A stretch of DNA of 64,000 nt from an uncultured bacterium (GTDB taxonomy: Bacteria; Armatimonadota; Abditibacteriia; Abditibacteriales; Abditibacteriaceae): NCBI GenBank assembly GCA_963843795.1, contig CAWJLW010000006.1:3050375-3114374 (forward strand). Reading direction: 5' to 3'. The notes under the pieces are model-generated. The model was not told the DNA's origin and did no database searches. It saw only the letters and a list, made by a program, of their open reading frames with translations. Below are positions 59,678-64,000 of the stretch, in pieces; position 1 is the first letter of the stretch, and each line of letters opens with the position of its first letter. Position numbers and translations under genes: made by a program.

Positions 59678-60808
59678 ATGTCCAAATCTCAAACTCCCAC
59701 GGTCAAAGACATTCCCGAAATCAAGCCCGATCCCGCACAATCGGCCAAAGAAGCTGGTCTGCGTTATGTTTCCGATGATCGTCCCGGTATCACGCGGCGC
59801 AAGAGCGGACGCGGTTTTTCTTATCGCGATACTGACGACCACATTATCCGCGACAAGAAAACTTTGGAGCGCATCAAAGCCTTGGCGATTCCACCGGCTT
59901 ATACACAAGTGTGGATTTGCCCGCATCCCAAAGGTCACATTCAAGCGACGGGTTTGGACGAGCGCGGACGCAAGCAGTATCGCTATCACCCAAAATGGCG
60001 TGAAGTGCGCGACGAGGCCAAATACGCCCGCACGATGGCGTTTGGACGCGCGCTGCCTTTAATCCGCGAGCGCACGCAAAATGATTTGCGCAAGCACGGT
60101 TTGCCGCGCGAGAAAGTGCTCGCCGCAATTGTGCAACTGTTAGAAAAAACCGCAATTCGCGTCGGCAACGAAGAATATGCCAAAACCAACAAATCGTATG
60201 GGCTGACCACGCTGCGCAACAAACACGTCGAAATCGAGGGCAAAAATGTGCATTTCCATTTCAAGGGCAAATCGAACAAAGTGCACGACATCGATTTGGA
60301 AGACCCAAAACTGGCGAAAATCGTCGCTCAATTACAAGAATTACCGGGCCAACATTTGTTCCAATATCTGGACGAAAATGATGAACGACAGGAAATTGGC
60401 TCGGACGATGTGAATACGTATCTGCAAGAAATCACCGGCCAGCCGTTCACCGCCAAAGATTTTCGGACGTGGACGGGAACAATTTTAGCCGCCTTAGCGC
60501 TGCGCGAATTTGAGAAGTTCGATTCGGAAACTCAGGCCAAGAAAAACATCGTCGCTGCCATTGAAAGTGTCGCCGAACGTTTGGGCAACACGCCGACAAT
60601 TTGCCGCCAATGTTACGTGCATCCGGCGATTTTGGATTCGTATCTCGATGGCTCGATGCTGGAAAGCTTGCAGCAAAATGCACAAGAAGAATGGCAGGAT
60701 GCGTTACAACAATTGCCACCCGAAGAAGCCGCCGTCATGGCACTTTTGCAAAGCAAGTTGTCAGGCGCAAGCGCGAAGCATGGTGTGATTTTCAAGCCTA
60801 AATCATAA
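59678..60808 (+). CDS. DNA topoisomerase IB (poxvirus-like bacterial type)
   Basis: LAIPPAY, GRKQYRYH, IRVGNEEY, FKGKS, AKDFRTW, LGNTP..C..CYVHP (catalytic Tyr). Confidence 0.93.
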   Translation: MSKSQTPTVKDIPEIKPDPAQSAKEAGLRYVSDDRPGITRRKSGRGFSYRDTDDHIIRDKKTLERIKALAIPPAYTQVWICPHPKGHIQATGLDERGRKQYRYHPKWREVRDEAKYARTMAFGRALPLIRERTQNDLRKHGLPREKVLAAIVQLLEKTAIRVGNEEYAKTNKSYGLTTLRNKHVEIEGKNVHFHFKGKSNKVHDIDLEDPKLAKIVAQLQELPGQHLFQYLDENDERQEIGSDDVNTYLQEITGQPFTAKDFRTWTGTILAALALREFEKFDSETQAKKNIVAAIESVAERLGNTPTICRQCYVHPAILDSYLDGSMLESLQQNAQEEWQDALQQLPPEEAAVMALLQSKLSGASAKHGVIFKPKS

Positions 60809-60855
60809 ATCTCTGCCAGAGACTAGCAAGACAATCGCAACTATTGCAAAACCAA

Positions 60856-60885
60856 AAACCGCCACAGCATTTGCTGTGGCGGTTT
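60856..60885. terminator. Bidirectional terminator hairpin
   Basis: AAACCGCCACAGCA-TT-TGCTGTGGCGGTTT between convergent genes. Confidence 0.7.
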
Positions 60886-60919
60886 CGTTTTCATCTCTGC
60901 AAGTACTTGCAGCGTAGTT

Positions 60920-62548
60920 TTAGCGTTCGCCTTGCGCGGGAAAGTCTTGCGCGGGTTCATTCGGCGAAACCGTCGCGGTAATCGGGCCGCCAGTTGGTTC
61001 AGCTTGCGTAGGCAGCGCGGCTTGTCCGGGTTCGGTAGCACGCAGCATTTCAGGTGTGATTTCTGGGTCGGCAGTGTAAGCAGAATCAAGCAAAACGTCC
61101 AAAACACCCGCCGCGCGTGCGGCATCTACGGCTTTGTGTGTAATGAGGTCGCCAGTGTTGAGAATCACGTTGTCGCCTTTATCCAAAATCACGCGTGTAG
61201 TTGGGCGGCCTAATGCATCGTTGATACGCTTTTGCTGGGCTTGCGCATCGTAGGCTTCTTTTTTGTCGTGCGCCGATTCGCTCAACTCATGGGCCTTTTC
61301 CTTCACGGTGTCCCACAAATTGCCCGCGCCTTCTTTCACAGTTTGCGCGCCGCTCGACACGCTTTCGCTGGCCGCGCCCAGACCGGCTGCGGCGATAACC
61401 TGATTTTCTTTACCTTCGCGTTTAGCACGATCCATTGCTTCTTGCGTAACGATCATTCCGGGCGTGACGATAATCGAGCCATCGTCGGAAGTAACTTCAC
61501 GCGCCACAGGTTTGCCAATTGCGGCTGCTTCGGCGCGCGATTGGGCGTTGCCGCCGTGTTCGCCCGCCAAGTCGCCGACGCGCTCTTTGCTCGAATCGTA
61601 AGCGCCCACGACGGTGCCGCCGCCGGCGGCCAGAACCAGGCTGCCCAGAATGTCGGCGGCAATCGCGCGATCGGCGTGTTCAGCGGTAATAGTTTCGCCC
61701 TTGCGCACTAACACCGCGCCATCGACCGGTTCGCCACTGGAAGAAACATCGGTACTGCCCGCCATCGTCGGTGTGTTCAGTTCCAGAATTTCGCTGTCGC
61801 TCACCATACCGCCGCTTTCTAACTCGCTAGTCGCGGCCAGTTCGGGCGAAGTTTTTTCAGCAGGAATAATCACATCGTGCGAAGATGTTCTGCCGATGAC
61901 AAATTCGCGCTGCTTCTCGACTGAAGCACTGGCGATGTTGGAGTAGGTTTCACTGACTTTATCGGCAGCTGTCGCATACGTTTCGCTGACCGCACCCGCG
62001 GCACTCGCAGTTGCGCCTTTGAGGCCGCCCGGCTCTTCTGCTTTCTGCTTTTCCATCTGGGTTCCCACTTCGGGCGGCACCAAAGCGATGTCTTCGCCCA
62101 GGGTGAAGCTTTCGGGAACGGGCATATAATGACGGCCCGACATCGCATCCGAGAACAGACCGCCCGAGACTTCGTAACCAACGATGTTGCCGTCATTATC
62201 GAAGTAAATGTCGGAAAAAGTGCCTAAATCTTTGCCATCTGTGGTGTGAATCGGACGACCGACCAGCGTGTTTTCGCCTTCCAACTCTTCAGCGATTCGC
62301 GGATCATCGTGCGCTTTAATCAAAGCATCACGCCCGCTCACCATCACATCGTCTTTGCCGATCACACGCACAGCTTCCCAAGGCACGACCTGAGCATCTA
62401 TTAAACCAAACAATTCTTTTTCCGAAACCAACAAGCCCAGTACACGGCTAGTTTCATAATCGAAAATAAGTGTTCTGACTGCACCTAAATCGGCTCCATC
62501 CGACTGACCGATCACTTTTAAGCCCGACATTGATTTACCTTTACGCAT
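60920..62548 (-). CDS. PRC-barrel domain protein
   Basis: Two N-terminal PRC barrels ([34 protein letters not shown]); AAGGAG RBS. Confidence 0.8.
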   Translation of the reverse strand: MRKGKSMSGLKVIGQSDGADLGAVRTLIFDYETSRVLGLLVSEKELFGLIDAQVVPWEAVRVIGKDDVMVSGRDALIKAHDDPRIAEELEGENTLVGRPIHTTDGKDLGTFSDIYFDNDGNIVGYEVSGGLFSDAMSGRHYMPVPESFTLGEDIALVPPEVGTQMEKQKAEEPGGLKGATASAAGAVSETYATAADKVSETYSNIASASVEKQREFVIGRTSSHDVIIPAEKTSPELAATSELESGGMVSDSEILELNTPTMAGSTDVSSSGEPVDGAVLVRKGETITAEHADRAIAADILGSLVLAAGGGTVVGAYDSSKERVGDLAGEHGGNAQSRAEAAAIGKPVAREVTSDDGSIIVTPGMIVTQEAMDRAKREGKENQVIAAAGLGAASESVSSGAQTVKEGAGNLWDTVKEKAHELSESAHDKKEAYDAQAQQKRINDALGRPTTRVILDKGDNVILNTGDLITHKAVDAARAAGVLDVLLDSAYTADPEITPEMLRATEPGQAALPTQAEPTGGPITATVSPNEPAQDFPAQGER

Positions 62549-62691
62549 AATTTTCTCCTTTTAGAATCGTGTTTCTCTACTTTCTCAACAGCTTTTTAAA
62601 TAGTTATCTGGTGCGTTGTATTAGTTGATTGTTATGTCTTCTAAAGCCACAACAGCCAAACGCCCTGCAAGTACTTGCAGGGCGTTTAGAA

Positions 62692-63180
62692 TTAACGAGC
62701 GGCGGGCATATTGGAGTTGGCAGTATCGGTGTCTCGGGAACTTGACATCGAATCACTTTTGCCCATCGGCGTCATCGTCACCCCCGCATTATCCGAGCTT
62801 TGTATTGTCGAGCTTTCACCCGGCGTATCGGTCGTTGAATTCGTGCTGCCATCCGAACTTACGGAGTTGGAATTGGTATCCATCGAGCTTCCACCAGTTG
62901 CATTTGCTTCGTTTGCATTCCCATCGCTTGCAGTTGCATCGGTCGCAGGAGCATCAGTGGCGTTGGCGCTCTCATCGCTCATAGCTGTGTTGCCATCTGG
63001 CGGCGGTGGCGGCGAGCCTGATGGCGGGCTGGACGCGCTGGGAACCGGCATCGCCGTGCTGGTTTCACTCGTGTTTTGGCTACTCATCGCGTACCAGGCG
63101 ACGCCAGCTACAATTACGACGCCTGCAATAATCATGGCGATTTTCGAAGTCTTGTTGGTTCCACCTTCTAAACGAGGCAT
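62692..63180 (-). CDS. Membrane-anchored low-complexity hypothetical protein
   Basis: GGGAG RBS, single TM segment, Ser/Thr/Pro-rich tail. Confidence 0.65.
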   Translation of the reverse strand: MPRLEGGTNKTSKIAMIIAGVVIVAGVAWYAMSSQNTSETSTAMPVPSASSPPSGSPPPPPDGNTAMSDESANATDAPATDATASDGNANEANATGGSSMDTNSNSVSSDGSTNSTTDTPGESSTIQSSDNAGVTMTPMGKSDSMSSSRDTDTANSNMPAAR

Positions 63181-63417
63181 TTGCTCATCTCCCTGAACTT
63201 AAACGTTCAACTTTTACAGGATTCATTGTTGCAATTCAAGCTACTGCAAATTTTTACTGTAATCGAGCACAAAAATAGGGCAATTTACTTACTGACTTCC
63301 TAAGTTGAAGCAAAGGTCATGCCCACACGACAATCGCTATTCCTGCGCAATTTAACTATTTAAAGGCCAGTTTTCTATGCTAGACACTGAAAAATTGCCC
63401 GATTCGGCCCCCAGAGC

Positions 63418-63447
63418 TTGACAAAACCCTCCGCGCGCGCTCATAAT
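63418..63447 (+). promoter_or_regulatory. Sigma70-type promoter
   Basis: TTGACA-18 bp-CATAAT upstream of the gene at 63550. Confidence 0.45.
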
Positions 63448-63549
63448 AAAAACGGCATTTCACTGAGACGAGTGAACCGAAACCAAGAGTTGTAGCGAAG
63501 AGTTGCGGTGGAAGTTGCGTGCAGTGAGGTGTTGTGGGGAGGTAAGACA

Positions 63550-64000
63550 ATGGGTCAAGTATTAGAAAAAAATTCGTTGCGGCGCGGCGCGCTGTCGTCG
63601 CCAGCGCGAACGCTTCAAACGATCAAAACCAAATCTGTGGCGCCCAATTCGAATGCGCCCACAATTCATACGGGTGAGAAAATGGCGCTTAAAAATAAAA
63701 TTTCGGTAAGTGATGCAGAAACTGGTGACGAGAAGGTCGCCAAAGACGTGGCGAAAATCGGTGCCGCGAAAACGATTACCATGCAATCGTTGGGCGCGTG
63801 GGGCAAACATCTGGCGATGCGTCCGCAAGGGCGTCGCGTGCAACAAGAGATCGATACCTTGTTGCGCCAGTTGCCGCCCAACAGCGTTTTGGTGGTCGAT
63901 TTCGCGGGCGTCGAGATGATGGATTATTCGTTCGCCGATGAAGCGCTGGGCGCGATTTTTTCGCGGATGTCGGCGCGCGAATATCCCGACCGTTACATCG
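63550..64000 (+). CDS. STAS-like (DUF4325-like) domain protein, truncated by the window end
   Basis: GGGAGG RBS, ATG 63550, open to the end; VVDFAGVEMMDYSFADEALG matches the DFxGV...SFADE pattern. Confidence 0.65.
   Translation, partial: MGQVLEKNSLRRGALSSPARTLQTIKTKSVAPNSNAPTIHTGEKMALKNKISVSDAETGDEKVAKDVAKIGAAKTITMQSLGAWGKHLAMRPQGRRVQQEIDTLLRQLPPNSVLVVDFAGVEMMDYSFADEALGAIFSRMSAREYPDRYI

Larger units (their letters stand above)
291..62678. repeat. Dispersed highly iterated 12-bp palindrome GCAAGTACTTGC (41 perfect copies counted by eye)
   Basis: Perfect copies start at 291, 2199, 3268, 4771, 6664, 10464, 10900, 10930, 13444, 15888, 18852, 21419, 24881, 24994, 25352, 27405, 28678, 29023, 30154, 31397, 32824, 33923, 36486, 39409, 39975, 40996, 41291, 43797, 45154, 46877, 47809, 48464, 50745, 50840, 52123, 53400, 55525, 58462, 59604, 60899, 62667. 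Near copies at about 3010, 6494, 9191, 10412, 13402, 20552, 29731, 32732, 39034, 53360, 55702, 57193. Confidence 0.97.

Noticed and set aside
291..62678. Palindrome copies as a CRISPR array or IS/MITE/REP element
   Set aside because: Copies are dispersed without regular spacers, flanks are not homologous, I saw no target-site duplications, and no cas, transposase or RAYT gene is in the window.
63485..63540. AGTTG repeats in the leader of the last gene
   Set aside because: Short and irregularly spaced; cannot be distinguished from chance.

Overview
A 64-kb bacterial chromosomal window of moderately high GC. The host is diderm (TonB receptor, ArnT-like and PAP2 genes) yet has Firmicutes-like gene order (radA-PIN/TRAM-ispD-ispF; rpmE-DUF1385-...-prfA). 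An Armatimonadota/Abditibacteriota-like host is my guess only. It holds about 50 mostly housekeeping or envelope CDSs (hpf, ispF, ispD, radA, alaS, a dinG-like helicase, rodA, rpmE, prfA, topoisomerase IB, a btuB-like receptor under a cobalamin riboswitch, two two-component pairs and one orphan kinase). I saw no rRNA, tRNA, CRISPR array, IS or prophage. The dominant unexplained signal is a highly iterated 12-bp palindrome, GCAAGTACTTGC, often extended to CTGCAAGTACTTGCAG. I counted 41 perfect copies by eye plus about 12 near copies, against about 0.004 expected by chance. It sits at most gene junctions and inside at least 7 CDSs in all three frames, and about 16 copies are the centre of longer palindromes (28-58 bp) whose arms are unique to each locus. 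A second signal is a TTCTCA-N5-TTCTCA direct-repeat box upstream of four genes of an envelope-modification cluster, a probable OmpR-family regulon.
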